The notes below the pieces were generated by a model. It was not told the DNA's origin, ran no database searches, and was given only the letters and a program-made list of their open reading frames with translations. Positions 38,529 through 47,320 of a stretch of 64,000 nt of DNA are shown one piece after another. Origin of the DNA: Longimicrobiales bacterium (GTDB taxonomy: Bacteria; Gemmatimonadota; Gemmatimonadetes; Longimicrobiales; Gaopeijiaceae); NCBI GenBank assembly GCA_965204735.1, contig OZ242008.1, positions 2,304,001-2,368,000 of the forward strand, read 5' to 3'. The position numbers were made by a program, and so were the translations under genes. Each line of letters begins with the position of its first letter. The first letter of the stretch is position 1.

Positions 38529-39506
38529 ATGCTGGCAAGGGTCGCCGGAGAGTTCTACTGGATGGGCCGCTACTTGGAGCGGACGGAGCACACGTCCCGG
38601 CTGCTGGTGCGCCAGCTGGCGCGCCTGGTCGATTCTCCGGCGGACGAGCTGGCGGCGGGGTGGAGCGCGCTCTACCGGGCGCTTCGCCAGCCGGTGCCCG
38701 ACGTTTCGGAGGACGCCGACGAGGCCGAGGTCTTCCTGGTCGCCGACGCCTACACGCTGGCCGGCAGCTTGGTGGAGGCGAGGGCGAACCAGGACTCGGT
38801 CCTGTCGTGCTGGGCGGCGGCCCGGGAGAACGCCCGGCAAGTACGGCCCCAGCTGCCGCTGAAGGTCTGGACGTGCCTCAACCAGGGCTTCCTGTGGCTG
38901 CGGGAGAACGACTTCGCCGAAGCTTGGGCGGTGGGCCCCGCCAGTCTGGTGGGCGAGGTCGTCGACCGGATGCGCCTCCTGGCGGGGGTGGTGGACGCCC
39001 GAATGCCCCGGGACGACGCGTGGCGGTTCATGGAGCTCGGCCGGTTCGTGGAGCGGACCAGCCAGCAGGCGGTTCTGCTGGAGACGTGGAACGACCGCGG
39101 CCGTCGAGACGGGAGCGGGCCAGCCGCTCCGGCTTGGTCGGACCTGCTGCGGATCTGCGACGCCTACGAGCTCTACTGTCGAACCCACTCGATGGCGGTG
39201 CGCCGGGAGAAGGTCCTGGACCTGCTGATCCGCAACCCGGAAGTTCCGCGCTCGCTGCGCTTCTGCGTTCAGCGCGCCGGCGACCTGCTGGCCGGGATCG
39301 ACCCGAAGGGCGCGCGCTACCCCCTGGCCCCGCCCCATCGAGCGGCGCTGCGGCTGGCGGCCGCCGTCGAGATCGAGGCGCCGGACCGCGCCGCCGAGCC
39401 GGGAGGCGTCAGCTTCTTCGCGGCCCTGGAGCGGGACGGGGCCGCGCTTCACGACCTGATCCTGGGAAGCTACGTGGACTACCCGGCGCTGGGCGCGGCC
39501 TCGTGA
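38529..39506 (+). CDS. Alpha-E domain protein (DUF403)
   Basis: MLARVA..YWMGRYLERTE, ARENAR..R, LGRFVER, PRSL.F. Confidence 0.93.
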   Translation: MLARVAGEFYWMGRYLERTEHTSRLLVRQLARLVDSPADELAAGWSALYRALRQPVPDVSEDADEAEVFLVADAYTLAGSLVEARANQDSVLSCWAAARENARQVRPQLPLKVWTCLNQGFLWLRENDFAEAWAVGPASLVGEVVDRMRLLAGVVDARMPRDDAWRFMELGRFVERTSQQAVLLETWNDRGRRDGSGPAAPAWSDLLRICDAYELYCRTHSMAVRREKVLDLLIRNPEVPRSLRFCVQRAGDLLAGIDPKGARYPLAPPHRAALRLAAAVEIEAPDRAAEPGGVSFFAALERDGAALHDLILGSYVDYPALGAAS

Positions 39507-40411
39507 CCCCCTTCCCCGCCCCAACCTGCCGCTACGCGGTCGAGCACCGGATCGACTTCCGGTACGAAGCACCGGTGCGCCTCTCGGTCGCCACCCTCTA
39601 CCTGCATCCGATCCAGGACCGGGGGCAGGCGGTCCGGGAGTTCTCGCTCGTCACCGACCCTCCGGGCACGCTCTTCGAGTTCGTCGACGCCTTCGGCAAC
39701 CGGGGACACTTCATGGACCGGCCCGCCCCCCACCGCCGCATGACGATCCACGCCCGGTCCGAGGTCGAGGTGGGCCTTCCGGCGGCCGTGCCCGACCGCC
39801 TGGGCTCCGACGCTTGGGCGGCGCTGCGGCGCGTCGCGGACGCCCCCGAGTTCTGGGTAATGACTCATGCCAGCCGCTTCGTCCGGCCCCACGCCCCCGC
39901 GCTGGACGACTTCATCTCGGCCCACGGGATGTCCCCCGGGGACGACCCCGCGGCCACGGTGCAGGCGCTTCGGGCCAAGCTGCACGAGACGTTCCGCTAC
40001 GTTCCCGGCGCCACGGAGGTGGACTCGCCGATCGAGCGGATCCTGGAGACGGGCGAAGGAGTGTGCCAGGACTACGCCCACGTGATGGCGTCGATCCTCC
40101 GGAGGTGGGGCATTCCGTGCCGGTACGCGTCGGGCTACCTGGGTCCCGACGACGGCGAGGCCGCCACCGGCCAGAGCCATGCGTGGGTCGAGTGCTGGCT
40201 GCCGCAGGCGGGCTGGATCGGCTTCGATCCGACCAACGACACGGAGAGGGACGGGCGCCACGTGAGGGTGGCCGTGGGCAGGGACTACGCCGACGTTCCT
40301 CCGACCCGGGGCGTCTACCAGGGCTCCGCCGCGTCCACCCTGGACACGACGGTGGCCGTGACCCGCCGCCCCCCTTGCCCGGAGACGGGAGGCGGCACTT
40401 GCTTTGATTGA
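39503..40411 (+). CDS. Transglutaminase-like protein (Bact_transglu_N + core)
   Basis: DAFGN, GVCQDYAH, RYASGYL, SHAWVE, GFDPTN, GRDYADVPPTRG; GTGA overlap. Confidence 0.93.
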   Translation: MTPFPAPTCRYAVEHRIDFRYEAPVRLSVATLYLHPIQDRGQAVREFSLVTDPPGTLFEFVDAFGNRGHFMDRPAPHRRMTIHARSEVEVGLPAAVPDRLGSDAWAALRRVADAPEFWVMTHASRFVRPHAPALDDFISAHGMSPGDDPAATVQALRAKLHETFRYVPGATEVDSPIERILETGEGVCQDYAHVMASILRRWGIPCRYASGYLGPDDGEAATGQSHAWVECWLPQAGWIGFDPTNDTERDGRHVRVAVGRDYADVPPTRGVYQGSAASTLDTTVAVTRRPPCPETGGGTCFD

Positions 40412-40444
40412 CGGCCTGATGAATTTGATTGACGGTCTGATGAA
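40403..40444. repeat. 21-bp AT-rich tandem direct repeat
   Basis: TTTGATTGACGGCCTGATGAA / TTTGATTGACGGTCTGATGAA. Confidence 0.9.
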
Positions 40445-40505
40445 CCTTCCCAACCCTCTCGACCCCCAAGAAGGGCAACCTTCGCAAGATCAGGAGACCT
40501 GCAGA

Positions 40506-41231
40506 ATGAAGAGGATATCCGTCGTCGGCCTGCGCTGCCTTTTCCTCGCCGGCGCGCTCGGCGCTTCGGTCCTGGGCGCGACGCCGGCCCGCGGCCAGTC
40601 CTTCGGGATCGGCGCCGACATCGTGAGCCGCTACGTCTGGCGTGGCGCCGACTTCGGCGAGTCCATGTCCATCCAGCCCTCTCTCTCGTTCACCCATGGC
40701 GGGTTCGAGGTCGGGGCTTGGGGATCGTGGTCGGTGGCCGCCGACGGCGCCGGCTCCAACGAGAGCGACCTGTGGGTCGCCTACAGCTTCGGCGCCGTGA
40801 CGATCGGCTTCACCGACTACTACTTTCCCGCACCGGATCCCGACTGGCCGAGCGGCTACGGCTTCCTGAACCGGCGGGCCCACACCTTCGAGCCGTACGT
40901 CTCCTACTCGGGCAAGGTGGACCTTCTCGCCGGCTTGGCGTTCTCCCCCGACACGGAGGATCAGGACGCCAGCCGGGAGAGCTCCCTGTACGTCGAGGCC
41001 GGGGTCCCCTTCGAGGTGGAGAGCTTCGAGGTGCGGATCCACGCGGGCGTGGTGGGAGGCGAGAGCGGATTCTACGGAACCGACGGCGCCGCCTTGGTGA
41101 ACATGGGAATCACGGTGGCCAAGCCCATCGAGATCACCGAGTCGTTCTCCCTGCCGGTGAACGTGGCCTACATCGTGAACCCGGACGCGGAACGGTCGTT
41201 CCTGGTCTTCGGCCTCAGCCTTTCGCCCTAA
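40506..41231 (+). CDS. TorF-like outer-membrane beta-barrel protein
   Basis: Signal peptide; DIVSRYVWRG..SIQP..GAWGS..ESDL..TDYYF; C-terminal FGLSL. Confidence 0.75.
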   Translation: MKRISVVGLRCLFLAGALGASVLGATPARGQSFGIGADIVSRYVWRGADFGESMSIQPSLSFTHGGFEVGAWGSWSVAADGAGSNESDLWVAYSFGAVTIGFTDYYFPAPDPDWPSGYGFLNRRAHTFEPYVSYSGKVDLLAGLAFSPDTEDQDASRESSLYVEAGVPFEVESFEVRIHAGVVGGESGFYGTDGAALVNMGITVAKPIEITESFSLPVNVAYIVNPDAERSFLVFGLSLSP

Positions 41232-41363
41232 GCCCAGCGGGCAACCTCTGGCGACGCGTCCCCGAGCAGCTCCGACACCTCCGCGGGCAGCTCCAGGACG
41301 CGGCGCCGGAGGCAGGTCCGCGGCCGGGCCGGGAAAGTCCGCGGACCGCCTGCGGCTCGGCAG

Positions 41364-41437
41364 TCGGGGCGCCCGGATTCGAACCGGGGACCTCCTGCTC
41401 CCAAAGCAGGCGCGCTGCCGGGCTGCGCCACGCCCCG
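41364..41437 (-). tRNA. tRNA-Pro(TGG)
   Basis: CGGGGCGTGGCGCAGCCCGGCAGCGCGCCTGCTTTGGGAGCAGGAGGTCCCCGGTTCGAATCCGGGCGCCCCGA; CCA not encoded. Confidence 0.96.
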
Positions 41438-41448
41438 CCACTCGCTTC

Positions 41449-42759
41449 GTGGTGTCGAAACGTCGCGGATCGGGCGCCGTTGCGGTAGGCGGGGCCCTTG
41501 CGGTTGCCCTGGCGGGAGGCTTGTCGGCGCAGCCGGCCGGGGCTCGCGAGTCCCCCGCGCAGGCGGCGGACTCCGCGGCGGGTTCGGTCGCCGGGGCTTC
41601 CCTTTCGGTCCACCTCCTCACCGTGGGTCCCGGCGACCGGCTCTGGGAGCTCTTCGGCCACAACGCGCTGGTGATCCGGGACTCGACGAGCGGATACGAA
41701 GCCGCGTTCAACTACGGGATATTCGACTTCAACGCGCCCGGCTACGCCTGGCGGTTCGTTCAGGGGCGCATGACCTACTGGGTCGACGCCAGGCCGCTGG
41801 AGTCCACCTTGGCCGGCGCCCGGGCCGCGAACCGAGAGGTGTGGGCCCAGGAGCTGGCGCTGGGCGCGGAGCAGAAGGCGGAGCTGCTGCGGATGCTCCT
41901 GCTGGCGACGCGCCCCGAGAACCGGGAGTACCGCTACCACTACTACCTCGAGAACTGCTCCACCAAGCTCCGGGACGCCCTGGACGCGGTTCTCGACGGA
42001 CAGCTTCGGGCCGCCACCCAGGAGGCGCCTTCGGGAGCCACGTGGCGGGACCATACTCGGCGGCTGACCGCCCCCAGCGCCGTGGCCTACCTGGGGCTGC
42101 AGCTGCTCGTCGGTCCGCGGGGCGACGAGGCGACGAGCCGCTGGGAGGAGATGTGGGTCCCGGCGAAGTTGCGCGACGCGCTGACGGAGACGTGGATCCG
42201 GCACGCCGACGGAAGCCGGACCCCGGTGGTGCGCGCGCAGGAGCTCTGGGTGGAGTCGACGCGGGCGCCGGAGCTGGAAGATCCTCCGCCCTTCAACGTG
42301 CTCTTCCCCATGTTCGGGGCGGCGTTCGCGATCGTCGTCGCCATGGCGGGGTACTCGGCCGGCGGCGGGAGCGCGACGGGACGGGTGGCCCTGGCTGCGG
42401 CGGGGGCGGCGTGGTCCACCTTCTGTGCGGTGGTGTCGCTGGCGCTGCTGTGCATGCACTGGACCGACCACGAGTTCCTCTACTGGAACTGGAACATCGT
42501 CGTCTTCACTCCCCTCGCGCTGGGGCTGGCGTTCCTGCTCCCCCGAGCGTCTCGGGAGATGGAGACGGGCCCCTGGACGCGAAGGCTGGCCGCGACGACG
42601 ACGGCGCTCGCGCTGGGGGCGCTGCTGCTGTCCTTGGTCCCGGGGCTGACGCAGGACAACCGCGAATGGGCGGCGTTCGCGCTGCCGGTCCACTTCGCGT
42701 TCTACTGGGTGGCGGCCCGGATCCTGCCTGCTCGGGGAAGGCTCGTCTTCGTGCAGTGA
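41449..42759 (+). CDS. DUF4105/Lnb-like membrane protein (lipoprotein N-acyltransferase-like)
   Basis: LLTVGPG..LFGHNA, FNYGIFDF, Y.Y.Y..ENCST; four C-terminal TMs. Confidence 0.8.
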   Translation: MVSKRRGSGAVAVGGALAVALAGGLSAQPAGARESPAQAADSAAGSVAGASLSVHLLTVGPGDRLWELFGHNALVIRDSTSGYEAAFNYGIFDFNAPGYAWRFVQGRMTYWVDARPLESTLAGARAANREVWAQELALGAEQKAELLRMLLLATRPENREYRYHYYLENCSTKLRDALDAVLDGQLRAATQEAPSGATWRDHTRRLTAPSAVAYLGLQLLVGPRGDEATSRWEEMWVPAKLRDALTETWIRHADGSRTPVVRAQELWVESTRAPELEDPPPFNVLFPMFGAAFAIVVAMAGYSAGGGSATGRVALAAAGAAWSTFCAVVSLALLCMHWTDHEFLYWNWNIVVFTPLALGLAFLLPRASREMETGPWTRRLAATTTALALGALLLSLVPGLTQDNREWAAFALPVHFAFYWVAARILPARGRLVFVQ

Positions 42760-43424
42760 CCCGCTCGGGCCAGGTGCGCGGCCAGGGCGCGGAAGGCGCG
42801 GCCTCGGTGGCTGCGCCGGTCCTTCTCCTCGGGGGCCAGCTCGGCGTAGGTGCGGCTCGCGGACGGGGCGAGGACGATGGGATCGTAGCCGAAGCCGCCG
42901 GCGCCGCGCGGGCTCTCCACGATCAGCCCCGGGGCTTCGCCGCGGAAGGTGGCGGGCGGGTCGGCGGCGCCGGGCAGCGCCAAGGCGGCCACGCACACGT
43001 ACCGGGCGCCGCGACGTGCCCGGGGAACGCCCCTCAGCAGACGCAGAAGATGGCGGTTGTTCGCCTCGTCCCGGGAGAGGCCCGGGTAGTCTTCCATGGG
43101 GGCGAAGCGCTTCGTGCGGACGCCCGGCCGGCCGGCCAGCGCCTCCACTTCCAGGCCCGAGTCGTCGGCGACCGTGGGAAGGCCGGAAAGGCGGGCGAAC
43201 CACTCCGCCTTGGCCACGGCGTTCTCCTCGAAGGTGTCGAACCGCTCCAGCCCATCCTCCTCGGGAGACTCGGGGACGCCTGCCTCGTCCAACCCGACCA
43301 AGCGCAGGCGCCGGGCGCCCCCGTCCGCGCCGGCGGCGGTCGCGAGGGCGTGGTTCGCGGCAGCCACGATCCGCCGGACCTCCGCCGCCTTGTGGGCGCT
43401 TCGAGTCGCCAGGACGAGCTTCAA
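42702..43424 (-). CDS. rdgB: Non-canonical purine NTP pyrophosphatase (Ham1/RdgB)
   Basis: LVLATRSAHKAAE, TFEENAVAKA, ADDSGLEVEAL.G.PGV, GFGYDP, SHRGRA; TTG start. Confidence 0.93.
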   Translation of the reverse strand: MKLVLATRSAHKAAEVRRIVAAANHALATAAGADGGARRLRLVGLDEAGVPESPEEDGLERFDTFEENAVAKAEWFARLSGLPTVADDSGLEVEALAGRPGVRTKRFAPMEDYPGLSRDEANNRHLLRLLRGVPRARRGARYVCVAALALPGAADPPATFRGEAPGLIVESPRGAGGFGYDPIVLAPSASRTYAELAPEEKDRRSHRGRAFRALAAHLARAGHCTKTSLPRAGRIRAATQ

Positions 43425-43924
43425 CCGCTCTCCCTGATCCTCTCGACCAGCGCCGTGCTCGAACGGCCTTCCACCAGCGGGACCGTGGCCACCACGCCTC
43501 CCCACGCCTTCACGAGGGCGCCGCCGGCCACCGCGCCGGCCGTGTAGTCGCCGCCCTTGACCAGCACGTCGGGACGCAGCTCGGCGACCAGGGCTTCCGG
43601 GGTGTCTTCGTCGAAGAGCGTCACGCCGTCCACCGACTCCAGCGCCGCGACGACCGTCGCCCGGTCCCGCTCTGGGACGAACGGCCTGTCGGCGCCCTTC
43701 CTCAACCGCCGGGCCGAAGCGTCGGTGTTGACGGCCACCAGCAGGGCGTGGCCCATCCGCCGGGATCGATCCAGGTACTCGACGTGGCCTCGGTGAAGGA
43801 GGTCGAAGCACCCGTTGGTGAAGACGAGGCGGAAGGCGCGGCGAGGGCCGAAGCGCGCCACGGCTTCGGCGCGGGAGAGGAGCTTGGCGTCGGGGGCGCG
43901 GGGGAAGTCTTCCGGCTCGGTCAC
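43421..43924 (-). CDS. rfaE2: D-glycero-beta-D-manno-heptose 1-phosphate adenylyltransferase (HldE domain II)
   Basis: VFTNGCFDLLHRGHV, VNTDAS..LRKG..RP, FDEDTP, LVKGGDY, SST. Confidence 0.93.
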   Translation of the reverse strand: MTEPEDFPRAPDAKLLSRAEAVARFGPRRAFRLVFTNGCFDLLHRGHVEYLDRSRRMGHALLVAVNTDASARRLRKGADRPFVPERDRATVVAALESVDGVTLFDEDTPEALVAELRPDVLVKGGDYTAGAVAGGALVKAWGGVVATVPLVEGRSSTALVERIRESG

Positions 43925-43928
43925 GGCA

Positions 43929-44143
43929 GGTCGGTCACTGCGCGGGCGGGGCGGGGCTGGCCGTCAACGCCGCACCCGCCCACCTGGCCGGGTCGGTCAC
44001 TGCGCGGGCGGGACCGGGGGCGCGGCGCCGTGGTTCGGCGCGAACGGGGCGTCGTCGGCCGGCGCGGGCCGGCGGCCCGCGGGCAGGGCGTCGTGGACCG
44101 TCACCGCACAGGCGGGGCGTCGTCGGCCGGCGCGGGCCGGCGG
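43929..44143. repeat. Two pairs of exact local duplications
   Basis: 22 bp GGTCGGTCACTGCGCGGGCGGG at 43929 and 43991; 31 bp CGGGGCGTCGTCGGCCGGCGCGGGCCGGCGG at 44045 and 44113. Confidence 0.85.
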
Positions 44144-45021
44144 TGCGCGGGCAGCCCGTTGGCGTCCAGCTCGGCGCCTCGCCGGCGCAACGCCTCGGCG
44201 AGTCGCGCCGCCGGGTTGGGCACGCCGTCTTCGGTCGCCGTGACCGCTGCTCGAACGAGCCGGCGGCCGTCCGCGCTCACGACGATTCCCCTTAGGCGCA
44301 GGCCCCCCTGGAACGACAGGCCGGCAACGCCCAGGCCGGAGTCGGCGGGCAACCGCAGGGCGCGGGCCACCGCCACTTCGGCGCGAACCGCCCGCGTGAT
44401 GTGGCGGTTGACCAGCCGCCCGCCGGCTTCGATCGTCCCGGCTTCGCCCCGGCGAGCCAAGATGGCCAGCGCCGCCTGCCCCGGGGCGGGAACCCAGTAC
44501 TCTGGCGAAAGGACCTCGCCGACCCGCCGCTCGTCCGACGTTCCGGCAACCCGGTTCAGCGAGGTCGTCACCGCAGCCAGGCGGCCGTCGTCCAGCAGGG
44601 CCAGGTCGCTGGCCAGCTCGGTCGCCGGGACCGGCCTGAGATCGGGACGGCGGGCCCGGAGCAGACCCGCGGCCCGGAGGTCCGCCACCGCCACCGCGGC
44701 CCCGTCGGGAAGAGCGTCCAGCGCCGGCCGCGGCTCGCCGGCAGCCCCCAGCAGCGCGTCGCGGAAGTCGCCGCGCTCGGGAACGCCCACGATCTCGATC
44801 CGCTCGTCCAGGGTGTCCCGAACTGCTTCCAGGGGGCAGAGCGCCAAGTCCACGTCTCCCTGCACCAGCACCTGGAGCCATTCGGGCGTGCCGCTCGGAA
44901 AGTCCTCCGACGGGCCGCCGGAGCCCAGGGAGCGGAAGTCGGCCCGGGCGTCGTCCCCCAGGACGCCCTCCAGCCTGGTCCCCTTGGCCGGCCCGTAGAC
45001 GCCGATCGTCAGGCGCGCCAC
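44101..45021 (-). CDS. HemC (hydroxymethylbilane synthase)-fold protein lacking catalytic residues
   Basis: Keeps PERGDFRDAL, LPDGAAV, RPDL, PAPGQAALAI, VRAE; lacks the HSxKD, RGNV..R and GGC motifs. Confidence 0.75.
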   Translation of the reverse strand: MARLTIGVYGPAKGTRLEGVLGDDARADFRSLGSGGPSEDFPSGTPEWLQVLVQGDVDLALCPLEAVRDTLDERIEIVGVPERGDFRDALLGAAGEPRPALDALPDGAAVAVADLRAAGLLRARRPDLRPVPATELASDLALLDDGRLAAVTTSLNRVAGTSDERRVGEVLSPEYWVPAPGQAALAILARRGEAGTIEAGGRLVNRHITRAVRAEVAVARALRLPADSGLGVAGLSFQGGLRLRGIVVSADGRRLVRAAVTATEDGVPNPAARLAEALRRRGAELDANGLPAHRRPAPADDAPPVR

Positions 45022-45093
45022 GCCGCCCTCCGGTGGCCGGGCGCCCGCCGGCGGACAGCCCTGGGCGACGGCTTCAGGCGAACCTCGCCGGCG

Positions 45094-46797
45094 TCACAGG
45101 AAGTGGAAGAGGAGGAACGCGGCCAGCAAGATCGCCACCCACAGGACCATGTTCCCCGCGGGCCGACTTCGGGCCAGCGACCCCAACGGACCGTGGACTC
45201 GGTACGCGGCCCGGAGCGCGCTGCGCATGCCGCCCGTCGCCGCCCGCCTGAACGCCGCGTCCGACGACGACGCGGCGCCGCCCACCCGTCGCACCAGCCA
45301 CGGCGCCGCCCGACGGTAGCTCCAGTCCGCGTCCAGGTTCACCGACGGTATCTCGGCCGGGTAGAGCTTCCACAGCTGGAAGGCCGCCACCGCCCCGATC
45401 GCGAAGGCCAGCAGCTGAAGCTGGGTGAGGACGTGTCCCCAGGTGTAGGGCTGGTAGTCCACCGAGTGGGGCAGCAGGTCGTAGAGGACTCCGGGGCTGA
45501 CGCCGATCCAGACGCACGCGGCCGCCGCGAGCGCCATGGCGGCGAGCATGTTGCGAGGGGGCTCCTTGGCGCGGATCCCCGAGTCGTGGGCAAAGAAGGC
45601 GAAGAACGGGATCTTGATCCCCGCGTGCTCGACCACGCCCGCCGACGCGAAGAGCATGACCGGCCATATCCACAGGTGCCCCTCGTGGACGAGGGCCGAC
45701 ATGATCATGGACTTGGAGACGAAGGCGTTGAAGAGGGGGACTGCGGAGATCGACGCCGCCCCGACGATGCACAGCGTGGCCGTGATCGGCATCGTCTTGT
45801 ACAGACCGCCCAGCTCCGACGCCTTCGTCTTCCCCGTCACGTGCAGGACCGCTCCCATGGCCATGAAGAGGAGGCCCTTGAAGAGCACGTCGTTGAAGGC
45901 GTGGGCCACGGCGCCGTTGATCGCCAGGGCGCTTCCCACCCCGATGCCGCACACCATGAAGCCGATCTGGTTGATCATCGAGTAGCCCAGCGTCCGCCTC
46001 AGGTCGTTCTCGATCACGGCGTAGAAGATCGGGAAGCACGCCATCGCCGCGCCGACGTAGACGAGGACTTCGGTGCCCGGGAAGCCCCGGGCCAGGGCGT
46101 ACACGGCCACCTTGGTGGTGAAGGCGCTCAGGAAGACGGTGCCGGTGGCCGTCCCCTCCGGGTAGGCGTCGATGAGCCAGCTGTGGGCCAGGGGGAAGGC
46201 CGCCTTGACGCCCAGGGCGAGGAAGATCAGCCAGCCGGCCGGGCCGTCCAGTCCCACGAAGCCGAAGGAGAGGTCGCCGCTTTCGTGGGCCAGGACCATG
46301 GCGCCGGCCAGGAGGGTCACGCCCGACACCACGTGGACCAGCAGGTAGCGCATCCCGGCTCGGAGGGACGCGGGAGTCCGGCGGGTCCAGACGAGGAAGA
46401 CGGAGCTGATCGCCAGCAGCTCCCAGAACACGAAGAGGGTGAGGAAGTCGCCGGCGAAGACCGCCCCCAGAGCGCTCCCCGCGTAGACCAGCCCCGCCGT
46501 GTGCTGCACCGTGTCGTGGTCCTTCTTCCCCAGATGGAGGGAGTAGACCACGGCGATGAACGCCGCCAAGTGGAAGAGGTAGCCGAAGAGGAGGCTCAGG
46601 CGGTCGGCCCGCACCGCCAGCAGGTCGTAGCCGAAGAGTTGGTAGGGCACTTCGTGGCCCGCCGGAACTCCCCACACGTTCAGCGCGCCGACGACGGGAA
46701 CCAGCAGGAGGAGCGCCTTCCGCGCAGGTCCTCGGACAAGGGGAACCAGCGCCGCCCCGGCGAAGAAGACGAGGAACGGGGGAAGGCTGCTAGGCAC
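45094..46797 (-). CDS. Mrp Na+/H+ antiporter subunit D family
   Basis: FVFWE, HSWLIDAYPE, SAFTTKVA, AHAFN..LFKGLLF, PLFNAFVSK. Confidence 0.92.
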   Translation of the reverse strand: MPSSLPPFLVFFAGAALVPLVRGPARKALLLLVPVVGALNVWGVPAGHEVPYQLFGYDLLAVRADRLSLLFGYLFHLAAFIAVVYSLHLGKKDHDTVQHTAGLVYAGSALGAVFAGDFLTLFVFWELLAISSVFLVWTRRTPASLRAGMRYLLVHVVSGVTLLAGAMVLAHESGDLSFGFVGLDGPAGWLIFLALGVKAAFPLAHSWLIDAYPEGTATGTVFLSAFTTKVAVYALARGFPGTEVLVYVGAAMACFPIFYAVIENDLRRTLGYSMINQIGFMVCGIGVGSALAINGAVAHAFNDVLFKGLLFMAMGAVLHVTGKTKASELGGLYKTMPITATLCIVGAASISAVPLFNAFVSKSMIMSALVHEGHLWIWPVMLFASAGVVEHAGIKIPFFAFFAHDSGIRAKEPPRNMLAAMALAAAACVWIGVSPGVLYDLLPHSVDYQPYTWGHVLTQLQLLAFAIGAVAAFQLWKLYPAEIPSVNLDADWSYRRAAPWLVRRVGGAASSSDAAFRRAATGGMRSALRAAYRVHGPLGSLARSRPAGNMVLWVAILLAAFLLFHFL

Positions 46798-47320
46798 GGC
46801 TCGCGTCTCCGCCGGCGCCGTCCGCGCCTTCGGCTTCGGGGGCGTCGGCTCCGGCGTTTCCGGATCCGGCGTCGTAGGCTTCGGCGTAGGCTTCGGCTTC
46901 GGGGGCGTCGGCGTAGGCTCCGGCGTCGTAGGCTGCGGCGTCGTCGGCCCGAGCGTCCCCGCCCCCGGCGCCCCTGCCCTCGTAGTAGTGCTCCGGCCGC
47001 ATCACCAGGCGCCGGAGTCCCTTGGAGAGCAGGATCAGGACGGATATGCCCGCGAAGCCCCACAGAGGGTAGAGCATCGGCAACGCTTCCCACGGGTGCT
47101 CCTCGTGGCGCCAGTGGCGGATCAGGGCCGGAACGTCCAGCAGGGCCAGGGCCGCGCAGAGGACGAAGAGGCCCCAGAGGATCCGCTTGGCCCAGGGGGC
47201 GGGCACGCTGTTGGGCCCGTGGCCGTGGCTTGCTGCGCGGTCGTGGCCCTTCTCGCGCGCCACGGCGCGGTCGGCGTCGCGGCCGACGGCGGGGGACGGG
47301 GGTCCGCCTTGGCCCGTCAC
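46790..47320 (-). CDS. Small Mrp-associated two-TM protein with acidic low-complexity tail
   Basis: ..YPLWGFAG...LVMRPEHYYE then DAPEAE/AYDAG repeats; GTGA overlap. Confidence 0.75.
   Translation of the reverse strand: MTGQGGPPSPAVGRDADRAVAREKGHDRAASHGHGPNSVPAPWAKRILWGLFVLCAALALLDVPALIRHWRHEEHPWEALPMLYPLWGFAGISVLILLSKGLRRLVMRPEHYYEGRGAGGGDARADDAAAYDAGAYADAPEAEAYAEAYDAGSGNAGADAPEAEGADGAGGDASRA

Noticed and set aside
40403..40460. Hammerhead ribozyme (CTGATGA cores)
   Set aside because: No matching GAAA core or flanking stems could be found.
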